Positions 46,601 to 57,618 of a stretch of DNA of 64,000 bases are shown here, one piece after another. Below the pieces are notes generated by a model. It saw only the letters and a program-made list of their open reading frames with translations, had not been told where the DNA came from and ran no database searches. Position numbers and translations under genes: made by a program. The first letter of the stretch is position 1; every line of letters starts with the position of its first letter. This DNA comes from Patescibacteria group bacterium (GTDB taxonomy: Bacteria > Patescibacteriota > Patescibacteriia > Magasanikbacterales > GWA2-37-8), in the NCBI GenBank assembly GCA_028705565.1, contig JAQWDH010000001.1, positions 20,363 to 84,362 of the forward strand. Direction: 5' to 3'.

Positions 46601-47154
46601 CATCGGCACTGTACACTGAATACATAGGTGTATGGAGAAGACCTGGCGAAGTGAAACATCTCAGTAGCCAGAGGAAAATAAATCTATAGAGATTCCCTTA
46701 GTAGTGGCGAGCGAAAAGGGAAAAGCTTAAACCATATAAGTGTTTCTTTGAGAATGATTGGTCTTAGGATTAGTCTAGTATTAAAGATTAAAGGGATAGG
46801 TCGTTGCTTATATGGGGTTGTAAGATATTGGCGCTGACTGCCTACTCAGTCAGATGATTGAATAACCTTCCTAGTAGAATGCTCTGGAAAGAGCAACCAT
46901 AGAGGGTGATAGTCCCGTACGCGAAAGGAGTTACAAAATCATAGCCGTTATTCTTGAGTAGGACGGAACTCGTGAAATTCCGTCCGAAGCCGGGCCGACT
47001 ATGGTCCAAAGCTAAATACTTTTGGTGATCGATAGTGGACAAGTACCACGAGGGAAAGGTGAAAAGCAGCCCGGAGAGGGCGATGAAATAGTATCTGAAA
47101 CCGTGCGTTTACAAAGAGCGGAAGGTCAACCACATCTCGCTTTGTTTGATGTGG

Positions 47155-47215
47155 AATTTCCAATTTCCAATTTATTTAGTTATTGATTTTTGGAGTTTGG
47201 TAATTCTTACACGTC
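47155..47215 (+). other. 23S intervening sequence 2 (GGAATTTCCAATTTCCAATTT... at the helix-25 region)
   Basis: Insertion at a classical IVS site; same motif family. Confidence 0.5.
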
Positions 47216-47757
47216 AAATGAAGTGAGATGTGGCGACCGACCGTGTTCCTATTGAAGAATGAGCCTGCGAGTGTATGTGTGCCGCTTTGCTTAAGGGCCT
47301 ATGGTCCGGAGGCGTAGCGAAAGCGAGTCTTAACGGGCGTATACCTTGTATCTTTATGGTGCGAGGTTTGTGGCACGTATATAACCCGAAACCGGGTGAG
47401 CTATCCATGACCAGGATGAACCCCGCCGAAAGGCGGGGGGAGGTCCGAACCCACGCGCCGTGCAACACGCGGGGATGAGTTGTGGATGGGAGAGAAATTC
47501 TAATCGAACTCGGTGATAGCTGGTTCTCCTCGAAATAGCTGTAGGGCTAGCCTCAAATGTTTCTATCGGTGGTAGAGCACTGGATGAAAATCGGGTCCTT
47601 CGGGATACCATTTTCAATCAAACTCCGAATACCGGTAGCCAAAATTTGGGAGTCAGACAGTGACGGCTAAGCGCCATTGTCAAAAGGGAAACAGCCCAGA
47701 TCGCAAGCTAAGGCCCCTAAATCCATGTTAAGTGTAACAAAGGTGGTTCTAGTTCTC

Positions 47758-47794
<37 letters not shown>

Positions 47795-47924
47795 TAAAGA
47801 AAGCGTAACAGCTCACTGGTCAAGAGTTTTAGCGCCGAAAATGTACGGGACTCAAACATGGTGCCGAAGCTGCGGACTATCCGTGCTTCACTAATGTTCA
47901 GCACAAATTTTCAAGTATCCTGCC

Positions 47925-48045
47925 TACCGGCAGGTAATTATCAATTTTCAATCAATTATCCAATTATCAATTTTTAAATTTCATTTTGGGTCATTAAAAT
48001 TTATTGAAAATTGTAAATTGTAAATTTTGTGGCGAGCGTTAGCGA
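47925..48045 (+). other. 23S intervening sequence 3 (helix-45 region, ~E. coli 1170)
   Basis: AT-rich CAATTATC/CAATTTT repeat hairpin between conserved blocks. Confidence 0.5.
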
Positions 48046-48552
48046 GGCACGGGTATTGGTAGAGGAGCGTTCCTAACTGCGCAGAAGTCCTAGGCGTGAG
48101 CCGGGATGGAGTGTTAGGAAGCGAGAATGCAGGCATAAGTAGCAAAAAGGCAGGTGAGAATCCTGCCCGCCGAAAACCCAAGGTTTCCTGGGCAACGAGA
48201 ATCGACCCAGGGTTAGCCGATCCTAAGGCCAGCCCGTCGCAAGGCGGGGTAACCGATGGAAGAGCTGGTTAATATTCCAGCGCTATATGCAGTTTGGTTT
48301 TTACTGCGCATCTTTAATTTTTAAGCGTGTTTTGGTTATACGCGCGCCGCAAGGCGGAGACAAAGCCCTCGGGTGGAGTCAACTTAAAATAACAAGGTGC
48401 CTAGAAAAGGTAAAAATCGTTAAGCTGCATGTAATCGTACCGTAAACCGACACAGGTGGGTAAGTCGAGTAGACTAAGGCGTATGAGAGAACCCTCGTTA
48501 AGGAACTCTGCAATACAGCGGCCGTAACTTCGGGATAAGGCCTGTCCGACCG

Positions 48553-48692
48553 TGCCTCACTGCGTTTGACGCGGAATGACCAATATAATTTTCAATTACC
48601 AATTTTCAATTTAAGAGTCCGACCGAGTCGGACACAATAGTTGATCATTGGAAATTGGAATTTGGAAATTCCGCCCGAGCATAGCGAGGTGC
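48553..48692 (+). other. 23S intervening sequence 4, a ~140-bp element (copy A)
   Basis: CCTCACTGCGTTTGACGCGGAATGACCAAT...GTCCGACCGAGTCGGAC...GGAAATTCCGCCCGAGCATAGCGAGGTGCGG. Confidence 0.6.
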
Positions 48693-48817
48693 GGTTGGAT
48701 TACAACAAAAGACCTCAAGCGACTGTTTACCAAAAACACAGCTCCCTGCAAAAGCGTAAGCTGAAGTATAGGGGGTGATGCCTGGCCAGTGTCAGAACGT
48801 TAAAGAGAGAGGTGAGC

Positions 48818-48957
48818 CGTACCTCACTGCGTTTGGTACGGAATGACCAATTTTCAATTACCAATTTTCAATTTAAGAGTCCGGTCGAGCCGGACACAAT
48901 AATTGATCATTGGAAATTGGAATTTGGAAATTCCGCCCGAGCATAGCGAGGTGCGGC
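48818..48957 (+). other. 23S intervening sequence 5, a near-identical second copy (copy B) of the 140-bp element in a different helix
   Basis: About 95% identical to copy A; separated by genuine 23S sequence (GACTGTTTACCAAAAACACAG). Confidence 0.6.
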
Positions 48958-49569
48958 GTAGCCTTGAACTGAAGCGCTGATGAACGCCGGCGGTAACTAT
49001 AACCGTCCTAAGGTAGCGCAATTCCTTGTCGGGTGAGTTCCGACGCGCATGAATGGTATAACGATTTGAGGACTGTCTCAACGAGGGACTCAGTGAAATT
49101 GCAAGGAAGGTGAAGATGCCTTCTACCCGCAACTAGACGAAAAGACCCCGTGAAGCTTTACTACAACTTGGCATTGGTATAAGGTTAAATATGTTCAGAG
49201 TAGGTGGAATCCCGACTTAGTCGGGAGACAATGAGACACCACCCTTACTTAATTTTATGCCTAATCTTCCGACTTGAATCAGCCGGAGGAGACAGTGTCT
49301 GGTGGGTAGTTTAACTGGGGCGGTTGCCTCCTAAAATGTAACGGAGGCGTTTACAAAGGTCAGCTTAGCTCGGATGGAAATCGAGCTGGACGTGCAAACG
49401 CAAAAGCTGGCTTTACTGCAAGGGCTACAACCCGAGCAGTCGCGAAAGCGGAAGTTAGTGAACCGACCATCCTATATAGGAAGGTGGAAGATCAACGGAT
49501 AAAAGCTACTCCGGGGATAACAGGCTGATCTAGCCCGATAGTCCACATAGACGGCTAGGTTTGGCACCT

Positions 49570-50420
49570 TAATACATCGGGGTGCTGCAGTAGTGATACT
49601 GCACCAAAAATTCGGCTTATAACGGTGAACCCGTCATTAAATGTATGGTATAATTAAAATAATAATCCATTTAATCGGCAACACCGTGGGAAGTCTTAAT
49701 CAAACACAAAAATCAATACTTATCGGAAGTCTCTTGGGAGATGGAAATTTGAGATTGGCAGAAGGAAAAACAAATGCTTTGTTTGAAGTAAATCATTCAA
49801 TCAAACAAAAATTGTATGTTGATTGGAAATATAATCAATTACGCCCATTCATTTTAACGGCTCCGAAAGCGAGAAGTTGTAATGGAAAACGAATTGCTTA
49901 TCGGTTTACGACACGCAGTTTGCCTGTATTTACTTCGCTCTACAGGGAATTCTACAGGGATAGTATAAAAGTAATTCCTTGTAATCTCACATTGACACCA
50001 TTAGCGCTCGCGGTATGGTTTATGGACGATGGCAGTAAAAGCCGTTCATCTATTTATCTAAACACGCAGCAATTCAACATTGAAGAACAAATTCGTTTGC
50101 TTCAATTATTGAAAAAGCAATTTAACTTGTCAGGCGCGCTAAATAAGGACAAGAAGTATTTTCGTATAAGAATAACATCGTCAAGCACAGCGCTATTTAA
50201 AGAAATAGTGCGGCCGTATGTTATAAAAATTTTTAATTATAAACTTGATTAATGACCCCGTAACGACTGACCCGAAAGGGGAGGTTCCGACCTTTTATGT
50301 CGGAACAACACGCCGACGCTTGTTTTACAAAAACCGAGATTATGCCGTTTAAGTCGGCTACGATCCGGAACAAGCAGAAGATATAGTCTACCCCATGAGA
50401 AATCATGGAATAATCGACAG
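49570..50420 (+). mobile_element. Group-I-type intron in the 23S rRNA (inserted after GGCACCT, near E. coli position ~2449) encoding a LAGLIDADG homing endonuclease
   Basis: Exon sequence GGCACCT | ... | CGATGTCGGCTCATC is interrupted by 851 bp containing the ORF; intron ends in G. Confidence 0.75.
49641..50252 (+). CDS. LAGLIDADG-family homing endonuclease (intron-encoded)
   Basis: Two LAGLIDADG-like motifs ([11 protein letters not shown] and [10 protein letters not shown]). Confidence 0.75.
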   Translation: MYGIIKIIIHLIGNTVGSLNQTQKSILIGSLLGDGNLRLAEGKTNALFEVNHSIKQKLYVDWKYNQLRPFILTAPKARSCNGKRIAYRFTTRSLPVFTSLYREFYRDSIKVIPCNLTLTPLALAVWFMDDGSKSRSSIYLNTQQFNIEEQIRLLQLLKKQFNLSGALNKDKKYFRIRITSSSTALFKEIVRPYVIKIFNYKLD

Positions 50421-50467
<47 letters not shown>

Positions 50468-50480
50468 TGGCTGTTCGCCA

Positions 50481-50532
<52 letters not shown>

Positions 50533-50906
50533 CTATCTGTTGCGGGCGTTGAACATTGAGAAGACTCACTCCTAGTACGAGAGGACCGGAGCGGACGAAC
50601 CTCTAGTGTACCAGTTGTCCTACCAAGGGCATTGCTGGGTAGCTACGTTCGGCACGGATAAACGCTGAAAGCATCTAAGCGTGAAGCCGTCTTCAAGATT
50701 AATGTTCGTCATAGACTCCTTGTAGACTACAAGGTTGATAGGCGCTATGTGTAAGTTTAGTAATAAACTGAGCAGAGGCGTACTAATAAGTCAAGCATAC
50801 TACGAAAGCGCTAAGCGGTGCTTTTTGCACCCTTTTAAGTCCGCCCTGTCTGCCGACAGGCAGGCTTTGGCGGAAAGCCATTATAAAACAAAATTGAGTA
50901 TGAAGT

Positions 50907-50961
<55 letters not shown>

Positions 50962-51022
50962 CCCGCCAGAGGCGGGTCCGCCTTTGGCGGAAAGCCATTA
51001 TAAAACAAAATTGAGTATGAAG

Positions 51023-51132
<110 letters not shown>

Positions 51133-51228
51133 CCTTGTACTCAATTTTTTTGTTGCCAAAATTTTTGTTTGACTTAAACGATAAAAATGTGATAATCTAA
51201 GGGCAGATTTTAGTGATTTTTTAAATTT

Positions 51229-51882
51229 ATGCGCGATAATCTTATTCAAAAAACCGCGGAGTTTGTAAAGAAAAAATTATATAATGAAGCGACTGGCCAC
51301 GATTGGTATCATGTGGAGAGGGTTTGGAAAATGGCAAAAAGATTGCAGATTGAAGAGGGCGGCGATTTGGAATTGATAGAATTAACCGCGTTGTTGCATG
51401 ATCTTGGCGATTACAAACAATATGAATTCAACGAATTCAAAGGTTCTTTGGTTTTGCACGGCATGATGGATGTGATGGGTATAGAACCGAAAAAACAGGA
51501 AAAAATTTTACAAATCGTTTCCGAAGCGCAATACAACGGGGACGAAACAAAAACGCCTAAAACAATTGAAAGCAGAATCATACAAGACGCGGATTGGTTG
51601 GACGCGTTGGGCGCTATCGGTATCGCGCGCACTTTTGCCACTGGCGGACGCATCAAAAGAATGATACACGACCCGAAAAGGAAGCCGCGAAAAAAATTAA
51701 GCAAAGCTGATTATCAAAAACGTAAACAAGAAGGCACGAGTTTTAATTATTTTTTTGAAAAAGTTTTAAAACTTCCAAAAATGTTGAACACCAAAACGGC
51801 GCGCAACATCGCCGGTCAGCGTTCACAATTTTTAAAAAAATTTATAAAAGAATTTTTGGAAGAGTGGGAAGGAAAAAAATAA
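51229..51882 (+). CDS. HD-domain phosphohydrolase
   Basis: HDWYHVERV ... LHDLGD metal-binding motifs. Confidence 0.7.
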   Translation: MRDNLIQKTAEFVKKKLYNEATGHDWYHVERVWKMAKRLQIEEGGDLELIELTALLHDLGDYKQYEFNEFKGSLVLHGMMDVMGIEPKKQEKILQIVSEAQYNGDETKTPKTIESRIIQDADWLDALGAIGIARTFATGGRIKRMIHDPKRKPRKKLSKADYQKRKQEGTSFNYFFEKVLKLPKMLNTKTARNIAGQRSQFLKKFIKEFLEEWEGKK

Positions 51883-51941
51883 TTCATTTTTTTGTATTTT
51901 TATACCTTTCGCAGTTTGTAAGTAGTTAATAATTTTATAAT

Positions 51942-52766
51942 ATGGATTTACGCGAATTTCAAATACAAAATAAATTTCTTATGCTCGCGCTGGACCACCG
52001 CGGCAGTTTTAAAAAATACGTAAATAAAAATAATCCGGAATCCGCGAAATACGAAGATGTTGTTTCAACCAAAGCGGCAATCATCGGCGCGGCGAACGAA
52101 ACTGTGAGCGGAATGTTGCTAGACCCGGATTTCGGAGTTCCAGCCTACAAAAAATCCGGAGCCGACAAACCCTATCTGATTTGTTTGGAAAAAACAGGTT
52201 ATCAGGAAACATCCGGCGAGCGTTTTACGGAATTACAATACACGGCCGAGGAATTAAAAAAACAAGGCGCGTCCGGAGCAAAAATTTTGGTGTATTTCAA
52301 CCCGGCGGCGAAAAATTGCGCGGCGCAAATTGAAACCTCGCGAAAAGCGTTGGAGGATGCCAACAAGAGAAACCTACCTCTTTTTTTGGAAATTGTCACA
52401 TACGGAAATGAAGAATTGAACAAAAGCCGAGGCGAATGGATTTTAAAATCTTTGAAAATGTTTTTGAAGGCCGATGTTTTGCCGAATGTTTGGAAACTTG
52501 AATACCCGGGAGACGCGGAAGGATGTAAAAAAATTACCGAACTTGTCGGCAAAACTCCGTGGATACTTCTCACGCGCGGAGAGCGATATGATGTTTTTAA
52601 AAATCAACTGAAAGACGCTATTTCAAACGGAGCAGGAGGTTTTCTCGCCGGCAGAGCTGTGTGGCAAGAAATCGGGGATTACGATGAGATGGAACAAAAA
52701 CGAAAATTCGCCGATGAAACAGTTAAAAAAAGATTTAAAGAATTGGCCGACATAGCGTTAAAATAA
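51942..52766 (+). CDS. Class I aldolase, tagatose-1,6-bisphosphate aldolase (LacD)-like
   Basis: LMLALDHRGSF and VSGMLLDPDFGVPA parallel the LacD motifs (AFDQRG..., ILLDPEYGLPA). Confidence 0.45.
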   Translation: MDLREFQIQNKFLMLALDHRGSFKKYVNKNNPESAKYEDVVSTKAAIIGAANETVSGMLLDPDFGVPAYKKSGADKPYLICLEKTGYQETSGERFTELQYTAEELKKQGASGAKILVYFNPAAKNCAAQIETSRKALEDANKRNLPLFLEIVTYGNEELNKSRGEWILKSLKMFLKADVLPNVWKLEYPGDAEGCKKITELVGKTPWILLTRGERYDVFKNQLKDAISNGAGGFLAGRAVWQEIGDYDEMEQKRKFADETVKKRFKELADIALK

Positions 52767-53548
52767 TGAAATTAAAATTTAGTATGAATGTTTTTTCCAA
52801 TTCTCTCAAAGATGCCGGCATAGTAATTTTGGCCGCCGGAAAAGGCACCCGCCTTAACTGCGTGGATATGCCGAAAGTGATGATAAAAGTGGGCGGCAAG
52901 CCGATAATAAGTTATTTTATTGAAACTTGCAAAAAAATCGGATTTAAGAAAGACAGAATATGTTTGGTTATCGGTTTTCAAAAAGAAAAATTGATGGATT
53001 ATTTTGGAGATGAAGTTTCTTACGCGGTTCAAGAAGAACAGCTTGGCACCGCGCATGCCGCTTACACGGGGATCAAAGTTTTACCGAGTTTTGTAAAGCG
53101 TGTCTTGGTTGTAAACGGAGATGACAGCGCTTTTTATCGTCCGGAAACGATTAAAAATTTTTTCGCGAATCACAAAAAAGACGGCAATGTTCTTAGTTTA
53201 TTGACGACAGAGATTGAATCGCCGGTTCAATATGGAAGAATAATCAGGTACCAGGACGGACGAGCGGAAATAATTGAAAAAGAATATCTGACGGAAGAAC
53301 AGAAAAAAATAAAAGAAATCAGCACGGGAACGTTTTGTTTTGACAGAAACTGGTTTGAAGAAATTTTTCCGCGTATGCCGAAAATGAGAAAATTGGGAGA
53401 ATTCGGATTGCCGGCCGCGGTGTCAATGGCGAGAGAGATGAACGCGCCGATAAAATTCGTAAAACTTGAAGACCCGAATGAGTGGTGGGGAGTAAACACG
53501 AAAGAAGAACTAGAAGAAGCGGAAAGAAGAAAAAATAACATAAAATAA
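52766..53548 (+). CDS. Sugar-phosphate nucleotidyltransferase
   Basis: GIVILAAGKGTRL nucleotide-binding motif of GlmU-N/MobA-like transferases. Confidence 0.6.
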   Translation: MKLKFSMNVFSNSLKDAGIVILAAGKGTRLNCVDMPKVMIKVGGKPIISYFIETCKKIGFKKDRICLVIGFQKEKLMDYFGDEVSYAVQEEQLGTAHAAYTGIKVLPSFVKRVLVVNGDDSAFYRPETIKNFFANHKKDGNVLSLLTTEIESPVQYGRIIRYQDGRAEIIEKEYLTEEQKKIKEISTGTFCFDRNWFEEIFPRMPKMRKLGEFGLPAAVSMAREMNAPIKFVKLEDPNEWWGVNTKEELEEAERRKNNIK

Positions 53549-53591
53549 TATCCGCGCAGCAATCGTAAGGCAATATTTTTTTAAAAAATTT

Positions 53592-54647
53592 ATGGTAAAT
53601 TCAAGACAATTTTTAACCGGCTCAGAGGTGTTTGTCCGAGCCGCGATTGATTCGGGCGCAGGTTTTATGTTTGGTTATCCGATTACTCCGGCTTCGGAAA
53701 TTTTGAGCGGTTGGATAAATAGCGGAAAAAAATATCTGCAAACCGAAGATGAAATAGCGGCCGGTTTTGCCCTTTGCGGAGCTGTTTTGGGCGGTGAAAA
53801 AGCGTTCACCGCGACTTCTGGTCCTGGAAATATTTTAATGCAAGACGGTCTTTCTATGGCAGAAGGAATGCGTTTGCCGTTTGTAATGGTGGCGGCTCAG
53901 CGAGGCGGTCCATCTTCGGGAACGGTTATTTATTCCCAACAAGAAGTTATTTTGTCGTGTTTCGGAGGAAACGGCGAAGGTATGCGCTTTGTTTATTCCC
54001 CTTCTAATTTATCCGAACTTTATAAATTTACGCGGAAGGCGTTTAACGACGCTTGGCATTATCGTTTTCCGGCGATAATTTTAACTGACGGTTATTTGCT
54101 TAAAACCAAAGGCGTGATTGATTTCGCAAAAATTGGAGAAATTAAAAATATTTCGCCGCGCGCTTTGGTGCCGAAAGACAGCGTTGTTCATTGGCCGAAT
54201 ATCTATACTTTTGAAGAAGAACTTTATCAGGAAATAAAATTAGCAAAAGATGATTTTGAAAAAGTCGCGGAAGACATAGCCGATTGCGAATCATATCAAA
54301 CAGACAAAGCGGATATTTTATTGGTCGCGCACGGAATTGTCGGCGCCGCGGCAAAAGAAGCGGTTGATGAATTGAGAAAAAAAGGAATCAATGCCGGACT
54401 TTTTCGTCCGATTACTTTAAGGCCTTTGGCGCGAAAAAAATTGGATAAAATCGCCGGACAGGAAAGCGTGAAAAAAATAGTCGTGGTAGAATCAAGTTTG
54501 GGACAGCTCGCGAGAATAATTCGCGACCAAATTGCTCCGGAAATTTGCGCCGAGTTCGCGTATATGCAATATCCCGGTTTGGGTATTGAAACCGAAGCGA
54601 TTGTTGATTTTGTCGCGGGATTGCGAGTCGTGAGCGGGGAAATATAA
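53592..54647 (+). CDS. korA: 2-oxoacid:ferredoxin oxidoreductase subunit alpha
   Basis: FMFGYPITPASEI and domain order typical of KorA/PorA; operon with TPP-binding beta and gamma subunits. Confidence 0.75.
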   Translation: MVNSRQFLTGSEVFVRAAIDSGAGFMFGYPITPASEILSGWINSGKKYLQTEDEIAAGFALCGAVLGGEKAFTATSGPGNILMQDGLSMAEGMRLPFVMVAAQRGGPSSGTVIYSQQEVILSCFGGNGEGMRFVYSPSNLSELYKFTRKAFNDAWHYRFPAIILTDGYLLKTKGVIDFAKIGEIKNISPRALVPKDSVVHWPNIYTFEEELYQEIKLAKDDFEKVAEDIADCESYQTDKADILLVAHGIVGAAAKEAVDELRKKGINAGLFRPITLRPLARKKLDKIAGQESVKKIVVVESSLGQLARIIRDQIAPEICAEFAYMQYPGLGIETEAIVDFVAGLRVVSGEI

Positions 54648-54673
54648 ATTATGAACAATGAATTAAATGAGAT

Positions 54674-55357
54674 ATGAATGATAATAATCAAAATTCTCCA
54701 TCAAAATTTTGCGCAGGTTGCGGACATCCGATTGTTCTTTTGGCGTTGGGAAAAACTTTGGAAGAAATGGGTTTATCAAAGCAAGCTGTTTTAGGTTTGG
54801 ATATAGGATGTTCTCTTTTGGCAATAAATTTTTTGCCAATTAACACTTTCCACACTCATCACGGGCGCGTGAGTCCGACAATGGTAGGATTTAAAAAAGC
54901 GAGGCAAGATTCAATTTGTTTGGGATACACAGGCGATGGAGGAGCGTATGCAATCGGTCTGCAAAGTTTATTACATTCCGCGAAAAGAGATGAGCCGATT
55001 ACCGTTTTAGTCGTAAACAATACGGTTTACGCAATGACCGGAGGGCAAACCGCGCCGACAACTTTAAAAGGACAAAAAACAATTACAGACCCGGATGGCT
55101 GTAAGAACGCTCCGATTTTAGGGCCCGAGCTTATGCGGCAAGTGGCAGACCCGAAAGCGTTTTTGGCGCGTACGGCCGTGAATGATATTAAACAAGCGCG
55201 CGAATTTATTAAAAAAGCGATTGAAACGCAACAGGCGGGACATTTTTCTTTGATTGAATTTTTGTCTTTTTGTCCGACGAATTGGCGCACCAAAGGGCAA
55301 GAAACTTTGGAATATTTGGAAAATTTAAAAAAAGTTTTTAAAATCGGTGTCATTTGA
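54674..55357 (+). CDS. korB: 2-oxoacid:ferredoxin oxidoreductase subunit beta (TPP-binding)
   Basis: CAGCGHP motif and TPP-binding region GDGGAYAIG. Confidence 0.7.
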   Translation: MNDNNQNSPSKFCAGCGHPIVLLALGKTLEEMGLSKQAVLGLDIGCSLLAINFLPINTFHTHHGRVSPTMVGFKKARQDSICLGYTGDGGAYAIGLQSLLHSAKRDEPITVLVVNNTVYAMTGGQTAPTTLKGQKTITDPDGCKNAPILGPELMRQVADPKAFLARTAVNDIKQAREFIKKAIETQQAGHFSLIEFLSFCPTNWRTKGQETLEYLENLKKVFKIGVI

Positions 55358-55847
55358 TATGTTAATCAAAATACTTATTGCCGGAGACGGCGGACAGGGA
55401 GTGCAAACAATTTCAGACATAATTTGCCAGGCCGCGTTTGAGAACGGTTTTTTTGTAAATCATATTCCAAATTACGGATTGGAACAACGCGGTGGAGTTT
55501 CTTTGTCTTACATTACAATCGGTGATAAAGAAATCACATACCCAAAATTTTCAATGCCGGATATTTTGGTTGTATTGTCAAAGCAAGCTGATAACAGAAC
55601 AAAACAATATCAAAAAGAAAGCGTGAAGATGCTGAATATCGAAGATTATAAAAAAGATTTGGAAAAACAATCGGTAAAGCCGCAAAATTATAACATTTTC
55701 TTTTTGGGTTTATTGGCAAAAATTTTGGTTGAGAAAAAAATTTGCGGAGAAGATTGTGTTTTAAAATTATTGGAAAAAAAATTCGGTAAAAAAGAAAATT
55801 GGGAAGAAAAGAAAAATGTATTTGAATTAAGTTTAAATTATGTCTGA
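55347..55847 (+). CDS. 2-oxoacid:ferredoxin oxidoreductase gamma subunit
   Basis: ILIAGDGGQGVQTISDII N-terminus typical of gamma subunits. Confidence 0.6.
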   Translation: MSFDMLIKILIAGDGGQGVQTISDIICQAAFENGFFVNHIPNYGLEQRGGVSLSYITIGDKEITYPKFSMPDILVVLSKQADNRTKQYQKESVKMLNIEDYKKDLEKQSVKPQNYNIFFLGLLAKILVEKKICGEDCVLKLLEKKFGKKENWEEKKNVFELSLNYV

Positions 55848-56727
55848 TTTAACAATTTTGACAACGCGCGCGGAAAACGATTACGAGCTTTTGGACAGCG
55901 GAGAAAACGAAAAATTGGAACGATATGGAAAATATGTTTTATCCCGTCCGGACCCGCAGGCGTTATGGCCGAAAATGTTAAAAAAAGAAGCGTGGCAAAA
56001 AGCAGACGCTGTTTTTTCGCATGAAAGCAAAGGCGGTTTTTGGAAATTAAAACTCGGTGTGCCGGAGAAATGGAAAATTGAGTTTGGCGGTTTGAAATTT
56101 TGGATTCGGCCGACTGTTTTTAAACATACGGGTTTATTTCCGGAGCAGGCGAGTAATTGGGACTGGATTTATAAACTAATCCATAGTCAAAAGTCCATAG
56201 TCAGCAGACATATCAACATACTTAATTTATTCGGCTACACAGGCGGAGCCACGCTCGCGGCGGCGAGAGCCGGCGCCGATGTATGTCATGTTGACGGTTC
56301 TAAAACAGCTATCGGTTGGGCGAGAGAAAATGCCGAATTATCAGGGTTGGCAGACAAACCGATTCGTTGGATTTTGGATGACGCCGCGACTTTTGTTCGC
56401 CGAGAAATAAAGCGCGAAAAAAAATATGACGGAATTATTATGGACCCGCCCGCCTTTGGGCACGGACCAAACAAAGAGATGTGGAAAATAGAAGAGAATT
56501 TTTTGAATTTGTTGGAGTTGTGCGAACAAATTTTATCCGATGAGCCGTTGTTTTTTCTTATCAACGGTTATGCTTCCGGATATTCGTCCATCGCGTATGA
56601 AAATAATTTATTGGCGTTGAAAAAGAAATACGGCGGAGAGATTGAAAAAGGGGAATTAACTATCGCGGAATCAAAAGGCGAGCGGCTGTTGCCTTGTGGT
56701 ATTTTCGCTCGGTGGAGTAAATCGTGA
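55840..56727 (+). CDS. Class I SAM-dependent (r)RNA methyltransferase, RlmI/YccW-like
   Basis: LNLFGYTGGATLAAARAGADVCHVDGS SAM-binding motif; ...IMDPPAFG catalytic motif. Confidence 0.55.
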   Translation: MSDLTILTTRAENDYELLDSGENEKLERYGKYVLSRPDPQALWPKMLKKEAWQKADAVFSHESKGGFWKLKLGVPEKWKIEFGGLKFWIRPTVFKHTGLFPEQASNWDWIYKLIHSQKSIVSRHINILNLFGYTGGATLAAARAGADVCHVDGSKTAIGWARENAELSGLADKPIRWILDDAATFVRREIKREKKYDGIIMDPPAFGHGPNKEMWKIEENFLNLLELCEQILSDEPLFFLINGYASGYSSIAYENNLLALKKKYGGEIEKGELTIAESKGERLLPCGIFARWSKS

Positions 56728-56791
56728 TTTAGTTTTTGGTTGGCGCGTTACTTTTTAATCTTGGCTTCAAAATAAATGTTTACGCAGCTTA

Positions 56792-57112
56792 TCAGGTGTC
56801 ATGTAATGTATTTTTTGAAATCTTATATTTTACTTTTAGATTTTTTATTCGTTCAATAATTTTATTATAGTGTTCTTTTAGCAAAAGCCCTTGCTTAAAA
56901 GTTGATTCAGCCGTCATTTCCAGTTTTTGCATTAATTTTTCATCAATTGCCACATCTTTTTCTTTTCTGGTTGCAAAAAGCAGAGCCCCAGGAAATGTTT
57001 CAGCAAAAACCGGATCGTTGGTGTTTTCTAACGCTGAAATTATTTCAAATAATCCGTCCACGGAATAAAATTGAGGCGGAATGTATTCGTTTTTGTTTTC
57101 TGAATTTTTCAT
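56792..57112 (-). CDS. Hypothetical protein
   Basis: ORF only. Confidence 0.3.
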   Translation of the reverse strand: MKNSENKNEYIPPQFYSVDGLFEIISALENTNDPVFAETFPGALLFATRKEKDVAIDEKLMQKLEMTAESTFKQGLLLKEHYNKIIERIKNLKVKYKISKNTLHDT

Positions 57113-57299
57113 ATTTAGTGAAATAGGGCTGTTTTTTGAGTTGCTCGAGTAAAATTTTTCTATACTTCATATTTATGACGATGCCGTATCATAAATGAAA
57201 TATGGTATCAATAGACTTAACAAGTCATACTAATTTTAGTGAAAATAAGTTCTCCATAATTGAAAAGTAAATTTTGAAAAATAAAGAATATTTTTTGTT

Positions 57300-57545
57300 A
57301 TTTCAGCCAACGTTCGCCATATTCGATGTTTTTGCGACCAACGGGAGCAAAAACATGGGAGAGGAAAATGGCGATTCCATTGAAAAAATTATTTATCGCC
57401 ATTTTCTGAACCGCATATATTGTGTTAGGCGTTGTAAAATTTTTACACTTTTTGTTTTTTTTTCGCTTACAGTTCAATCACGGGGGGCAAGGGGGGCCGA
57501 ATCCGTTCACTCAATATGGCGAAGGGGCAGAGACCTGCCCGCATA
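57300..57545. repeat. ~215-bp element copy A with terminal inverted repeats (TTCGCCATATTCGA ... TCAATATGGCGAAGG), 3' of fic
   Basis: About 90% identical to 58855-59080; internal 12-bp perfect hairpin GAAAATGGCGAT/ATCGCCATTTTC. Confidence 0.7.
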
Positions 57546-57618
57546 CCTACGGTATGTAAACCGGTAGGCAGGCAGGGGTAAGTGGGGTATGCTCTATAGC
57601 CATATCAATTATAATATT

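Noticed and set aside
57274-57567. 97-aa and 86-aa ORFs (57274-57567, 58900-59160) inside the 215-bp repeated elements
   Set aside because: Nucleotide similarity between the two copies continues through frame-shifting indels, so conservation is at the DNA or RNA level. Only the first ~35 codons are shared, so a micro-peptide cannot be fully excluded.
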